Assembly: GCA_047638675.1 (NCBI GenBank)
Contig: JBLIML010000001.1
Coordinates: forward strand, 13,822-77,821
Length of the DNA: 64,000 nt
Source: Planctomycetota bacterium
GTDB taxonomy: Bacteria > Pseudomonadota > Gammaproteobacteria > Eutrophobiales > Eutrophobiaceae
Reading direction: 5' to 3'
A program made the translations under genes and the position numbers. Shown in pieces: positions 1-9,610 of this stretch. Each line of letters begins with the position of its first letter. The stretch's first letter is position 1. The notes beneath the pieces are model-generated. The model saw only the letters and a list, made by a program, of their open reading frames with translations, was not told the DNA's origin and did no database searches.

Positions 1-357
1 TTTACTCTGATAGCAGGCATAGTGGTCATGCTAGCGGCCTTGCAAACTACCCATGACGAACGCAGCTACGAATCAGCATTGTTAAGCGCACTCGGTGCCA
101 GTCGCAAGCAAGTTCTGGCAAGTCTAACCGCTGAATTTATAACACTCGGTTTAATTGCTGGCGGGATAGCGGCGTTTGCGGCGACAGCCGTCGAATTAGT
201 ACTAGCAGAATATGTTTTAAAAATAGATATCACTATTAATCCCCTGGTTTGGATCGTCGCTCCCGCTATTTGTACTTTTATTGTCGTTGTCGGCGGACTT
301 GCAGGGACAAGAAAAGTGCTCGAAACACCACCTATGCATGTATTGCGGAAACTCTAA
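1..357 (+). CDS. C-terminal part of an FtsX-like ABC transporter permease (LolC/LolE/MacB-type). Partial gene, start lies upstream of the window.
   Basis: The ORF runs off the 5' edge of the window. The C-terminal hydrophobic helices and the motif LGASRKQVL...GLIAGGIAA are typical of the FtsX permease C-terminus. Confidence 0.5.
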   Translation, partial: FTLIAGIVVMLAALQTTHDERSYESALLSALGASRKQVLASLTAEFITLGLIAGGIAAFAATAVELVLAEYVLKIDITINPLVWIVAPAICTFIVVVGGLAGTRKVLETPPMHVLRKL

Positions 358-459
358 AAGTCGAATTTCACATCGACCCGACTTGCATAACCGGTTAGTG
401 TGAATTCGTAGTAATTGTACATTTATATGTTTGAAATCATGATTCCTAACTAAACGAAT

Positions 460-750
460 ATGAGAGAAATATATTTTGGCGATTTCAGAAGCTATGTGAT
501 TCAGCACATAAGACAGATCGAAAAGATTGATTATGATGTTGATTCACTTGAATGGTTTCTGCTCAAATATTTGCGGCGAGTTGTAAAGGCCACCGAGAAT
601 GAAAATGCGCCTGGACGAATTGAAGGTTGTATGCGATCTCTGGTTCGCTTTTATGTCGATAATCTTGACGAACGATCAGAACTGGCTGACCAATGCATCA
701 AGATTTACAATCAGTATCGCTTAACCTTGCGTCATAGTCAGACCAGATGA
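460..750 (+). CDS. Hypothetical 96-aa protein.
   Basis: ORF in an otherwise non-coding gap directly upstream of hemH. No recognisable motif. Confidence 0.3.
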   Translation: MREIYFGDFRSYVIQHIRQIEKIDYDVDSLEWFLLKYLRRVVKATENENAPGRIEGCMRSLVRFYVDNLDERSELADQCIKIYNQYRLTLRHSQTR

Positions 751-801
751 TCTCAACTTATTTAAGCGACTATTCAGTTTTACATATAAAATAGCGATCC
801 C

Positions 802-1839
802 ATGGCAAAATACACCAGCAATCCTGATTATCCCGATGACATACCCGTTTGCACCGGGATTCTGCTGACTAATCTCGGCACGCCGGACGCGCCGACTGTA
901 ACTGCAGTACGTCGATATTTGGCCGAATTTCTCTCCGATCCGCGGGTGATTGAACTAGCGAAACCTCTGTGGTGGTTAATCCTGCACGGCATTATTTTAC
1001 GTACCCGACCCCGTCGTTCTGCGCATGCCTACAGTCAAGTCTGGACCGATGAAGGCTCACCACTTCTCCGTATTTCCAATCAACAGACAGCCCTTATTAC
1101 CGAAAACCTGCGAGAGCGCGCGGCAGAACCGATTCACGTGGAATTAGCCATGCGCTACGGCACGCCATCGATAAGCTCAGCACTTGAAAAATTAAGAGCT
1201 GCGAACGCACAACGACTAATCGTACTACCTCTTTACCCTCAATACTCGGCTACCACCACAGCATCTACCTTTGATGAGATCGCGAGAATTTTAAAAACCT
1301 GGCGCTGCATCCCCGAGCTGCGCATGATTAACCATTATCATGAAGACAGTGGCTATATCTCTGCGTTGGTGGAAAGCATTCGGGATCATTGGGCCGAATT
1401 CGGCAAAGCAGAAAAATTGTTAATGTCTTTTCACGGTCTACCCAAAAAATATATACTCGCTGGCGATCCTTATGAAGACGAGTGTCAAAGAACAGCCTGC
1501 CTGCTTGCTGAACAATTGGGACTGGAAGAAGAATCGTGGGCAGTTAGTTTTCAGTCTCGACTCGGCTTGCAGGAGTGGTTAAAACCTTACACGGACAAAG
1601 TATTAAAAAAATGGGGTAAATCCGGTATAAAAAATGTTCAAGTTATCTGTCCGGGGTTTTCAGCAGATTGCCTTGAGACCCTCGAAGAAGTCTCATTGCA
1701 GAATAGAGAGTTCTTTCTTCAAGCCGGTGGCTCTGAATTTTCATATATTCCCGCTCTTAACGATCAAACCATGCATATAAATGCCCTTTCAGACATCATC
1801 GTGAAACATAGTCAGGGTTGGCCAGCATTCTCACATTAG
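802..1839 (+). CDS. hemH: Ferrochelatase.
   Basis: 345 aa. N-terminal LLTNLGTPDAPT and RYLAEFLSDPRV and the length are characteristic of the HemH family. Confidence 0.9.
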   Translation: MAKYTSNPDYPDDIPVCTGILLTNLGTPDAPTVTAVRRYLAEFLSDPRVIELAKPLWWLILHGIILRTRPRRSAHAYSQVWTDEGSPLLRISNQQTALITENLRERAAEPIHVELAMRYGTPSISSALEKLRAANAQRLIVLPLYPQYSATTTASTFDEIARILKTWRCIPELRMINHYHEDSGYISALVESIRDHWAEFGKAEKLLMSFHGLPKKYILAGDPYEDECQRTACLLAEQLGLEEESWAVSFQSRLGLQEWLKPYTDKVLKKWGKSGIKNVQVICPGFSADCLETLEEVSLQNREFFLQAGGSEFSYIPALNDQTMHINALSDIIVKHSQGWPAFSH

Positions 1840-1951
1840 CTGGCACTTACGCCAAATGCAGATGAATTGATATAAGTAAATTAGCTCAAGCACATAGGTC
1901 TCGGAGTTATTTCTAATCGTAACTAGCATCAATAAATAAAAAGCAAATCAA

Positions 1952-3202
1952 ATGATAACTAAACTGCTTACGCTGTACAGAGAAAAACTCGGACCCGGTT
2001 TAATGTTTGCCGCCGTGGCGGTTGGCGTATCACATCTTGTTCAATCAACACGGGCTGGAGCCACGTATGGTCTGACGCTGGCTGGATTAATCGTCTTCGC
2101 CTGCCTGGTAAAATATCCCGCTTTTCGCTTCGGCGCAGAATATGGCGCTGCTACCGGCAAACCGCTTCTTAATGCCTACGAACGACAAGGTCGCTGGGTA
2201 TTAATCGTCTATCTGATCGGTTTACCTTTCGATTTATTTGTCGCCACCGCTGCCATCGTGCTGGTAACTTCGGGCGTATTCAAGAATATTTTTCAAATCA
2301 ACCTGAATGATATATGGCTCTCACTTATTATATTAATCAGCTGTGCGACCTTACTTATGTCGGGCCGATATAAATTATTTGAAAATATAACAAAATTCAT
2401 TGTAGTGCTGTTTTCCATCCTGACCGTCATAGCGGCGGCATTGTCAGTACCCGAACTGCACTGGGAAACCAATGACCTGACGCGGGAAGTCGTATTCGAC
2501 CAAACAACGATATTGTTTATGATCGCCATCGCTGGGTGGATGCCTACTGCGGTTTCTGTATCCATGTTTCAGTCTATTTGGGTGTGTGAAAAAGCTAAGT
2601 CACTCAATCGTCCTATAACAACAAAAGAAGCACGTTTTGATTTTAATGTCGGCTATATCAGCACAATCATCCTCGCTCTCTGTTTTGTTCTAATGGGAAC
2701 GGCTCTGATGTACAACACAGGAATGGAGATAGAGTCCAGCCCAAGTAGATTCGCCGGCCAACTCATTGCCATGTTTACCCAGGTCATCGGTCCCTGGGCG
2801 AAACCTCTGATTGCGCTTGCGGCTCTAGCGGTGATGGTGTCCACCACACTTGGCGCGCTGGATGTCGGTCCACGCATCATGGGTTCAGTTCTGCAACTAT
2901 TAATGCCGGACCGCAGATTCAATGACAATAAGTTTCACCTTGTTTTTCTGGTTACTCAGGTTATCGGTGCTACCCTGATACTTGTGTTTTTCATGAAGTC
3001 CTTCAAAACCTTTATTGACTTCGCTACCAGCGTAGCTTTCCTGTCTGCACCCGCATTGGCCTGGTTTAATCATCGCGCCATTTATTCTGATGAAATTGAC
3101 CCGGCGCTAAGGCCAGGAAAAATTATGCGTTTGTGGAGCCTACTCGGCATTGCGGTTATGCTCATCGTCGCAACTTATTACTTAAGCACTAAATTATTCT
3201 GA
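1952..3202 (+). CDS. NRAMP-like polytopic membrane transporter related to divalent-metal transporters. The first motif is non-canonical.
   Basis: 416 aa with about 11 predicted TM helices. The GPG(L/F)...Q.GA.YG...TGK...GRW pattern resembles the NRAMP N-terminus, but the metal-binding DPGN motif is replaced by VGVSHL. Confidence 0.5.
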   Translation: MITKLLTLYREKLGPGLMFAAVAVGVSHLVQSTRAGATYGLTLAGLIVFACLVKYPAFRFGAEYGAATGKPLLNAYERQGRWVLIVYLIGLPFDLFVATAAIVLVTSGVFKNIFQINLNDIWLSLIILISCATLLMSGRYKLFENITKFIVVLFSILTVIAAALSVPELHWETNDLTREVVFDQTTILFMIAIAGWMPTAVSVSMFQSIWVCEKAKSLNRPITTKEARFDFNVGYISTIILALCFVLMGTALMYNTGMEIESSPSRFAGQLIAMFTQVIGPWAKPLIALAALAVMVSTTLGALDVGPRIMGSVLQLLMPDRRFNDNKFHLVFLVTQVIGATLILVFFMKSFKTFIDFATSVAFLSAPALAWFNHRAIYSDEIDPALRPGKIMRLWSLLGIAVMLIVATYYLSTKLF

Positions 3203-3215
3203 ACCAAAAAAATAA

Positions 3216-4373
3216 ATGAATCGCCGCCTGTCAAAGTGTGTGAACATTGCTGATTTGCAAAGGCTGGCGAAGCGACGTTTGCCAAGAGCCCTGTACGATT
3301 ATATCGATGGCACTGCAGAAGATGGCGTAAGCGGCAGAGCAAACCGAAGCAGCTTCGATCATTATCAACTTGTACCCCGAACTCTGGTTGATGTCAGTAA
3401 GGTAGAATCTTCCACCAGTGTATTTGGGCAAAAAATGAGTTCCCCGATCATCCTTTGCCCTACTGCCTTTACGCGCGCTTTTCATCATCATGGCGAAACT
3501 GCCGTGGCAAAAGCGGCAAAAGAGGCCGGGCTCATTTACAGCCTGTCGACAGTTTCGAATACCTCGCTTGAAGATATCGCCAGCATCGACGGGCCTCGCT
3601 GGTTTCAAATCTATGTCTATAAAGATCGTTCGCTTGTTAAAGATCTTATCGATCGCTGCAAGCTCGCCAAATATCAGGCATTGATTCTCACCGTCGATGC
3701 CAGCACACCCGGTAACCGCGAACACGATTTGCGCAATGGCCTCACGGTTCCTCCGAAACCCAGCCTGGCGACGATACTGGATGCAGTCAAACATCCTTAC
3801 TGGTGCTGGCACATGCTTACATCGCCAGCGATCACGACTGCCAATATCAAAGGTAATAGTGCGCTTGACGCCGCTGACACAAAAGCCTTGTTACGATATA
3901 TGCACGAGCAGTTGGATATCAGCGTTGACTGGGACGATGTCGCGTGGATGATGGCGCAATGGCAAGGGCCTTTCCTGATTAAGGGCATTCTAAGTGTGGA
4001 AGATGCGATTCGAGCGGCTGATCTTGGTGTACACGGTATTGTTATTTCCAACCATGGTGGCCGGCAACTGGATCACGTGCCAGCAACGCTAGATGTATTA
4101 CCGGAAATTGTTGAAGCAGTTGGAGATCGCTGTGAAATAATTGTCGACAGTGGATTTCGTCGTGGCACTGATATCATCAAAGCACTGGCGTTGGGGGCAA
4201 AGGCCTGCATGATCGGTCGACCTTATCTTTATGGTCTGGCCGCAGGAGGCGAAGCCGGCGTCAAAAGGGCGCTGCAAATACTGGATGAAGAATTCAAACG
4301 TAATATGCGATTGCTTGGCTGCACTTCTGTATCCCAGTTAAATAAATCCTGTTTACGGTCTCTCGATAGATAA
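3216..4373 (+). CDS. lldD: FMN-dependent alpha-hydroxy-acid dehydrogenase (L-lactate dehydrogenase/glycolate oxidase family).
   Basis: 385 aa. TIM-barrel FMN-dependent dehydrogenase signatures (ISNHGGRQLD, SGFRRGTDIIKALALGA). Confidence 0.85.
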   Translation: MNRRLSKCVNIADLQRLAKRRLPRALYDYIDGTAEDGVSGRANRSSFDHYQLVPRTLVDVSKVESSTSVFGQKMSSPIILCPTAFTRAFHHHGETAVAKAAKEAGLIYSLSTVSNTSLEDIASIDGPRWFQIYVYKDRSLVKDLIDRCKLAKYQALILTVDASTPGNREHDLRNGLTVPPKPSLATILDAVKHPYWCWHMLTSPAITTANIKGNSALDAADTKALLRYMHEQLDISVDWDDVAWMMAQWQGPFLIKGILSVEDAIRAADLGVHGIVISNHGGRQLDHVPATLDVLPEIVEAVGDRCEIIVDSGFRRGTDIIKALALGAKACMIGRPYLYGLAAGGEAGVKRALQILDEEFKRNMRLLGCTSVSQLNKSCLRSLDR

Positions 4374-4392
4374 GCTGCGAGGACAATTTGAT

Positions 4393-5778
4393 ATGTCGTT
4401 AGAAAACTTACTAGATAGATTGAAATCCGAACTCGGCGAAAGCGCTGTTATTCTTGCTGAAGAAATTGGTGAGAAGTACCTGTCCGACTGGAGCGGCGAA
4501 AGCGCCAAAGCGACGCCAAAAGCGCTTATTCGACCTGCGAATACGAACGAGGTCTCGCAGCTGATGAAACTTTGTCATGATGCTGGACAAGCTGTTGCCG
4601 TTCAAGGAGGCATGAGTGGCCTGTCAGCCGGGGCGGTACCAGAGAATAACGAATTGGCAGTTTCACTCGAACGTATGTCAGGCATTGAAGAAATTGATTC
4701 AGATTCAATGACAATGACTGTACTCAGCGGCACGCCTCTACAAACAATTCAGGAAGCGGCGGCGGCGGCCGGTCTTAATTTTCCTCTGGATCTCGGGGCA
4801 CGCGGTTCATGCACCATAGGTGGTAATGTATCTACGAATGCGGGAGGCAACCAGGTAATTCGTTTTGGTATGACACGTGCCCTGATACTGGGTCTGGAAG
4901 CTGTGCTAGCCGATGGTACTGTTGTGTCTTCGCTGAACAAAATGCTAAAGAACAATGCTGGTTATGATCTTAAACACTTGTTTATCGGCACGGAAGGGAC
5001 TCTTGGTATTGTGACTCGTGTCGTTCTGCGTCTTTATCCGAAACTGAGCAGTCGTTGCACTGCGCTTTGTGCCCTTGCAAGTTTGCCCGATGTCATCACT
5101 TTACTAAAACTTACCGGTTCGAAAATGGGCGGCCTGCTCAGCTCCTATGAAGTCATGTGGGCAAATTACTATGATCTTGTCATTGATCAGGTCAGTAACT
5201 TGCAATCCCCATTTGACGAAAAACATGCATTTTACGTTTTAATGGAAATAGAAGGCTCTGATCAGGATCAGGACAGCGAGCGTTTTCAGTCAATGCTGGC
5301 GTCAGCGCTTGAAAGTAATTTGATTCAGGATGCAGCGATTGCACAATCAGAAAAAGAGTCTGCGGCATTTTGGCAAATACGAGATGGCGTCGGTGAAATA
5401 TTGCCAAATTTTGCGCCCTGTGCCAATTTCGATATCAGCGTGCCTATCAGCGAAATGCAGACCTTTGTCGACAATGCAGACAAGCGCCTGGAGGATGCGT
5501 TTCCCTCGGTGCAGATTCTTGTTTTTGGTCATCTCGGCGATAGCAATTTACATTACATTGCACGTACAGGCCGCAAAGAAGATAAAGAAAAAATCTACAA
5601 CATTATCTACGAACTAACTGGCGAACATAATGGTTCGATTTCAGCCGAACACGGTATTGGCAAAATCAAACGTTCTTACCTGAAATATTCCCGTAATGAA
5701 GTTGAAATAAAGTTAATGCGTCAATTAAAAAACACCTTTGACCCCAAAGGTATTTTGAACCCAAACCGGGTGATCTAA
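4393..5778 (+). CDS. FAD-linked oxidase (GlcD/D-lactate dehydrogenase-like FAD-binding oxidoreductase).
   Basis: 461 aa. FAD_binding_4-type N-terminus (AVQGGMSGLSAGAVP...GGNVSTNAGG) and an FAD-oxidase C-terminal domain. Translationally close to the preceding alpha-hydroxy-acid dehydrogenase gene. Confidence 0.8.
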   Translation: MSLENLLDRLKSELGESAVILAEEIGEKYLSDWSGESAKATPKALIRPANTNEVSQLMKLCHDAGQAVAVQGGMSGLSAGAVPENNELAVSLERMSGIEEIDSDSMTMTVLSGTPLQTIQEAAAAAGLNFPLDLGARGSCTIGGNVSTNAGGNQVIRFGMTRALILGLEAVLADGTVVSSLNKMLKNNAGYDLKHLFIGTEGTLGIVTRVVLRLYPKLSSRCTALCALASLPDVITLLKLTGSKMGGLLSSYEVMWANYYDLVIDQVSNLQSPFDEKHAFYVLMEIEGSDQDQDSERFQSMLASALESNLIQDAAIAQSEKESAAFWQIRDGVGEILPNFAPCANFDISVPISEMQTFVDNADKRLEDAFPSVQILVFGHLGDSNLHYIARTGRKEDKEKIYNIIYELTGEHNGSISAEHGIGKIKRSYLKYSRNEVEIKLMRQLKNTFDPKGILNPNRVI

Positions 5779-5836
5779 TAATTACGGGTCTTCAGCAGAA
5801 TTTGTGGGTTAACATAAAACGTAAGTAAAAGATCAT

Positions 5837-6101
5837 CGTCATTCCCGCATGTTTTTAGCGGAGTAATGGCACAAGGATGTGCCGCATATGAACCAAAGGA
5901 TGGAAATCCAGAAGGAAATGAGAAATACGGAAATATACCAATTCGGTACTAGCTCACTGGTGCGATATCAAAAGTTGAATGAAACCATTGTTTAACTGGA
6001 TTTGCATCCTTAGCTTCGTGGACGGTGCGTACCGTTGTACATCTTTTGAACGGCACATTGTCCATGCACCACTTCTCCGCTAAAAACTTGCGGGAATGAC
6101 G
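5837..6101. repeat. MITE-like element. Two 27-bp terminal inverted repeats (26/27 match) flank about 210 bp of non-coding sequence between convergent genes.
   Basis: CGTCATTCCCGCATGTTTTTAGCGGAG at 5837-5863 is the reverse complement of 6075-6101 (CTCCGCTAAAAACTTGCGGGAATGACG) with one mismatch. The interior has small hairpins and no long ORF. Confidence 0.5.
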
Positions 6102-6169
6102 GGTCTTTGTTTTGCAACCTCAATAGAATTGATGTGTTTCTACCTATAGGTTCTGCGGAAGAGCCATAA

Positions 6170-6457
6170 TTACTCACTAACCTCGACACCACGCCAGAAA
6201 GCGATGTGCCCTTCTATATTCTTTGCTGCATCTTTGGTTTGAGGATAGTACCAGGCAGCATCCTTGTTCACTTCATCCTTCACTGTAATATGATAGTAGT
6301 TGGCTTCGCCCTTCCACGGACAGTTCGTGTGCTTATCACTGTCGCTGAAGTGCTCTTTGTTTATTGCACTAGCAGGAAAATAGATATTGCCTTCCACCGT
6401 TTCGAACATATCGCTTTCCGCCAGTATTACGCCGTTCCAGCTTGCTCTTGCCATCAC
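6170..6457 (-). CDS. DUF427 domain protein.
   Basis: 95 aa. The conserved WNGVILAES...YFP...CPWKG...YY pattern matches the DUF427 family. Confidence 0.7.
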   Translation of the reverse strand: MMARASWNGVILAESDMFETVEGNIYFPASAINKEHFSDSDKHTNCPWKGEANYYHITVKDEVNKDAAWYYPQTKDAAKNIEGHIAFWRGVEVSE

Positions 6458-6480
6458 TCTCTCCTCTATTGTTTACCAAT

Positions 6481-6897
6481 TCACTCACCATACACGGTGA
6501 GAATAATTTGTCGCGTGTGTGACTGGGTTCTGTGCTCCCATAGATAGATGCCTTGCCAGGTTCCCAACATACAACGCCCTCCGCTTATGGGTATGGTCAA
6601 GCTACTATCCGTTAATATGCTGCGTACATGAGCAGACATATCATCCGGTCCTTCGGCAACATGACGAAACATCGCATCTCCATCAGGCACTAGTTTTTGC
6701 ATAAATGTTTCCAGATCCCCACGCACAGAAGCATCTGCATTTTCACATAGCATCACCGAAGCGCTGGTATGTTGAATGAATACATTACACAAGCCCTGGG
6801 CTATTCCGCTACTGCTAACAAACGCATCTATCTGAGAACTAATCTCTGTACTACCACGACCACTTGTTCTAACTACTATCGTTTCTTGTTTTACCAT
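6481..6897 (-). CDS. yjbQ: YjbQ/UPF0047 family protein (secondary thiamine-phosphate synthase-like).
   Basis: 138 aa. Family-typical motifs: N-terminal TSASVMLCENAD, a DxxHVR stretch, and C-terminal GTWQGIYLWEHR. Confidence 0.8.
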   Translation of the reverse strand: MVKQETIVVRTSGRGSTEISSQIDAFVSSSGIAQGLCNVFIQHTSASVMLCENADASVRGDLETFMQKLVPDGDAMFRHVAEGPDDMSAHVRSILTDSSLTIPISGGRCMLGTWQGIYLWEHRTQSHTRQIILTVYGE

Positions 6898-7004
6898 TGG
6901 TTTGCGGCACCCTAATATTGCTGTCCTTAATTAATTAGTCAATATCCAACACGCTACTTATTCCCACGCGCGAGCGTGAGAATGAATAAGGCGATTTATA
7001 GAGT

Positions 7005-7424
7005 TCATTTCGATACATGGTCACTACTAATTATCCTGTCCGTAATTAAGCCATAAAAGCGACTCTCTCCTGTAAACAACCATCCCAGCTGCTCAAGACA
7101 GGCATTGCAAACTGCGACCTGCCAACAATAGCCAGGAAACCAACTATGACCCAGACTGGCTGGTCCCAACTCAGAACAACCTGTCGCGTTCTGATAACAG
7201 GCAAAACGAAAACTATGGCCGGCCGGATTGGTGCCATTATGAATATGACTTCCATTTTGATTTATAGCCTCTTCACTAACCGTTACCATTTCGTGGCATT
7301 TCCAACACAGTATTTTAATTCCTGCATCAGTAGGCGCAGGTTTAATTGCCGTGTTTTTTGAAGGCCTGGGCAAGGACGGTTGCGCTCTGAAGTGGTGCCA
7401 GGGCAAGCTCAGTTCCATATTCAC
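7005..7424 (-). CDS. Bacterial cereblon-like CULT-domain protein (thalidomide-binding-domain homologue).
   Basis: 139 aa. Two CxxC pairs (CWKC...CNAC) and the segment HSWFPGYCWQVAVCNACLEQLGWLF...GLITDRI align with human cereblon [24 protein letters not shown]...GLTRSAL, including the tri-Trp cage residues. Confidence 0.7.
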   Translation of the reverse strand: MNMELSLPWHHFRAQPSLPRPSKNTAIKPAPTDAGIKILCWKCHEMVTVSEEAINQNGSHIHNGTNPAGHSFRFACYQNATGCSELGPASLGHSWFPGYCWQVAVCNACLEQLGWLFTGESRFYGLITDRIISSDHVSK

Positions 7425-7614
7425 CTCCCGAATTAAATTGGACTATGTACTAACTATAGTCAATAATTAGTGACAATTGCTAAGAAAATTATTTCAAATT
7501 CCGGCTACTAATTTCCTTTTAAGACTTCTATTAACTTCTTTCTCCATGCACAATAGAAGTGTCTCCATGACTGCATATACTAAACAACTTTCGCTAAGCT
7601 TTTAAACAATAACA

Positions 7615-9606
7615 TTGATCACTATTTGCACCAATCTAGTTAAGACACTGCGATTAAGCCTGTTTGTTGTCATCGCCTGGTCATTAACCATCCCTTATGT
7701 CCTCGCTGACGACTCAAAACTCCTTGAGCAACGTAAACAGTACACTGCAGAAAAAAAGTCACTAAGTGCAGGGCATTTGAAGGCGTTTCAAAAAACGACC
7801 GATGAATTGAAAGATTATCCTTTATATCCCTACCTTCTTTATGACTTTCTAAGCCGTCGCCTTTGGAAGGTAGAAAATGCTGAAATTGTTGATTTTTTAA
7901 AAAACTATGGCGATTTGCCCAATGCGAACGACTTAAGACGTTCCTGGTTGAAACTGCTGATCAAACGCGGTCACTGGCAGACGTATGTTGACAACTATAC
8001 GCCACAGAGTGACAAGGTACTTCAGTGCTATCAATTAGTGGCACGCATCAAAACAAAAAATGAAGTCTATTTGCTGGAAGACATCCGCTCACTTTGGTTA
8101 ACTGGCGAATCTTTGCCACCAGAGTGTGATCCAGCCTTTGTTCTGCTTTATAAAAGCAATCTTTTAAGCGAGGAGGTGATTTGGCAGCGGATACGCCTGG
8201 CCATGGAAAACAATCAAACCGGTCTGGCGGCTTACATTGGCAGGCGACTCGATTCAGATCAGCAGCTTTGGGTGACGCGTTGGATAGCCATGCATAACAA
8301 CCCGTCAAAGCATACTCTTAATCCTGAATACGAGGACAGACCACTAGCACGTGAGATCCTGTTACACGGTATGCATCGCCTGGTAAGACAGAATATTAAT
8401 CATGCACTGTCCCGCTGGAACAATCTAAAATCAACATATAGTTTCTTACAAAGTGAAATCGATGAGTTCGAGGGCAAGCTGGCCATACATGCTGCCCGAA
8501 AAAATCATAAACAGGCAAAACAACTTCTGGATAACATTGCCTTTACTGAGGTTGATGAGGAAATCCTGCACCTGCGATTACGTATTGCACTGGATGACGA
8601 GGATTGGGACACAATAATTAAATGGACCACGGGTGAACCCACAGATGAGGGAATTCGTTTGCGCTGGTTCTACTGGCGAGCACGAGCTTTTGAAGAGACC
8701 GGGAACGTCGCCAGCGCGAATGAGATATACAAATGGCTAGCAAAAGAGCGTGATTATTACGGTTTTCTCGCGGCAGATCGTATCGATGCCCCCTATCAGA
8801 TGAACTATCACCCCTTGCCCGAGAATCTGGAAGAGTGGCGAAAATTAACAACGATGCCAGGCATTGCCCGTGCCCGGGAACTCTACCTACTTGGTTCACA
8901 TTATTCCGCCCGCAGAGAATGGCATCATAACCTGACTCAACTAACCAGCTACCAGATACAGATAGCCGCTACGATTGCAGCCAGTTGGGGTTGGCATGAT
9001 CGCGCGATTATTACGCTGGCCAAAGCTGAAATTTACGACGATCTTGTAACGCGTTTTCCACTACCGTTTAATAGCACAATAGAACAGTTTTCCAAAATGA
9101 GAAATCTGGATATCGGTTGGATGTATGCTTTGACACGCGCGGAAAGTGCTTTCATGGAAGACGTGCGCTCACCCGCCGGGGCACTGGGCTTGATGCAGAT
9201 CATGCCTGCGACGGGTAAATATGTGGCCAAGAATATTGGATTGCGAAATTATGATACCAGGCAGTTGTCACAATCGAACATTAATGTGCGCATTGGCAGT
9301 GCTTATTTAAAACAGATGTATGATAATTTTAATAAAAACACCGTGCTGGCAACCGCTGCTTATAACGCCGGACCGACAAATGTAAAACGTTGGTTGCCAA
9401 AAAGTAATTGTGAACAAGCCGATGTCTGGATAGAGAAAATACCTTTCACCGAAACAAGAAAATATGTCCGCCGGATTCTTTTTTTCGCCAGCGTTTACGA
9501 TTGGCGAATGAAGCGCGAGATAATCCCGATTCAAAAACGAGTTACTTTGATTCAGCCGAACAAACAAATACTTGCGAGCAAAAGTTGTCCCGTAGGAAAA
9601 GCATGA
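7615..9606 (+). CDS. slt: Soluble lytic murein transglycosylase (Slt70-like).
   Basis: 663 aa. N-terminal signal peptide, a long superhelical N-domain, and a C-terminal lysozyme-like domain with ESAF...GLMQIMPAT and AYNAGP motifs. Confidence 0.85.
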   Translation: MITICTNLVKTLRLSLFVVIAWSLTIPYVLADDSKLLEQRKQYTAEKKSLSAGHLKAFQKTTDELKDYPLYPYLLYDFLSRRLWKVENAEIVDFLKNYGDLPNANDLRRSWLKLLIKRGHWQTYVDNYTPQSDKVLQCYQLVARIKTKNEVYLLEDIRSLWLTGESLPPECDPAFVLLYKSNLLSEEVIWQRIRLAMENNQTGLAAYIGRRLDSDQQLWVTRWIAMHNNPSKHTLNPEYEDRPLAREILLHGMHRLVRQNINHALSRWNNLKSTYSFLQSEIDEFEGKLAIHAARKNHKQAKQLLDNIAFTEVDEEILHLRLRIALDDEDWDTIIKWTTGEPTDEGIRLRWFYWRARAFEETGNVASANEIYKWLAKERDYYGFLAADRIDAPYQMNYHPLPENLEEWRKLTTMPGIARARELYLLGSHYSARREWHHNLTQLTSYQIQIAATIAASWGWHDRAIITLAKAEIYDDLVTRFPLPFNSTIEQFSKMRNLDIGWMYALTRAESAFMEDVRSPAGALGLMQIMPATGKYVAKNIGLRNYDTRQLSQSNINVRIGSAYLKQMYDNFNKNTVLATAAYNAGPTNVKRWLPKSNCEQADVWIEKIPFTETRKYVRRILFFASVYDWRMKREIIPIQKRVTLIQPNKQILASKSCPVGKA

Positions 9607-9610
9607 ACCC

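Noticed and set aside
1840-1951. Looked for a Fur box or Mn riboswitch (yybP-ykoY) upstream of the NRAMP-like gene.
   Set aside because: There is only a weak AT-rich resemblance (GATGAATTGATATAAG). No conserved riboswitch helices are recognisable.
3231-3812. 193-aa minus-strand ORF, plus similar antisense ORFs (for example 2293..2565, 2653..2928, 8048..8308, 10886..11179, 47380..48672 plus-strand ORFs inside the NhaP gene, 50673..51029).
   Set aside because: Each is fully embedded opposite a well-supported gene (lldD, NRAMP, slt, cca, NhaP-cNMP, hemE). They have atypical composition and are shadow ORFs.
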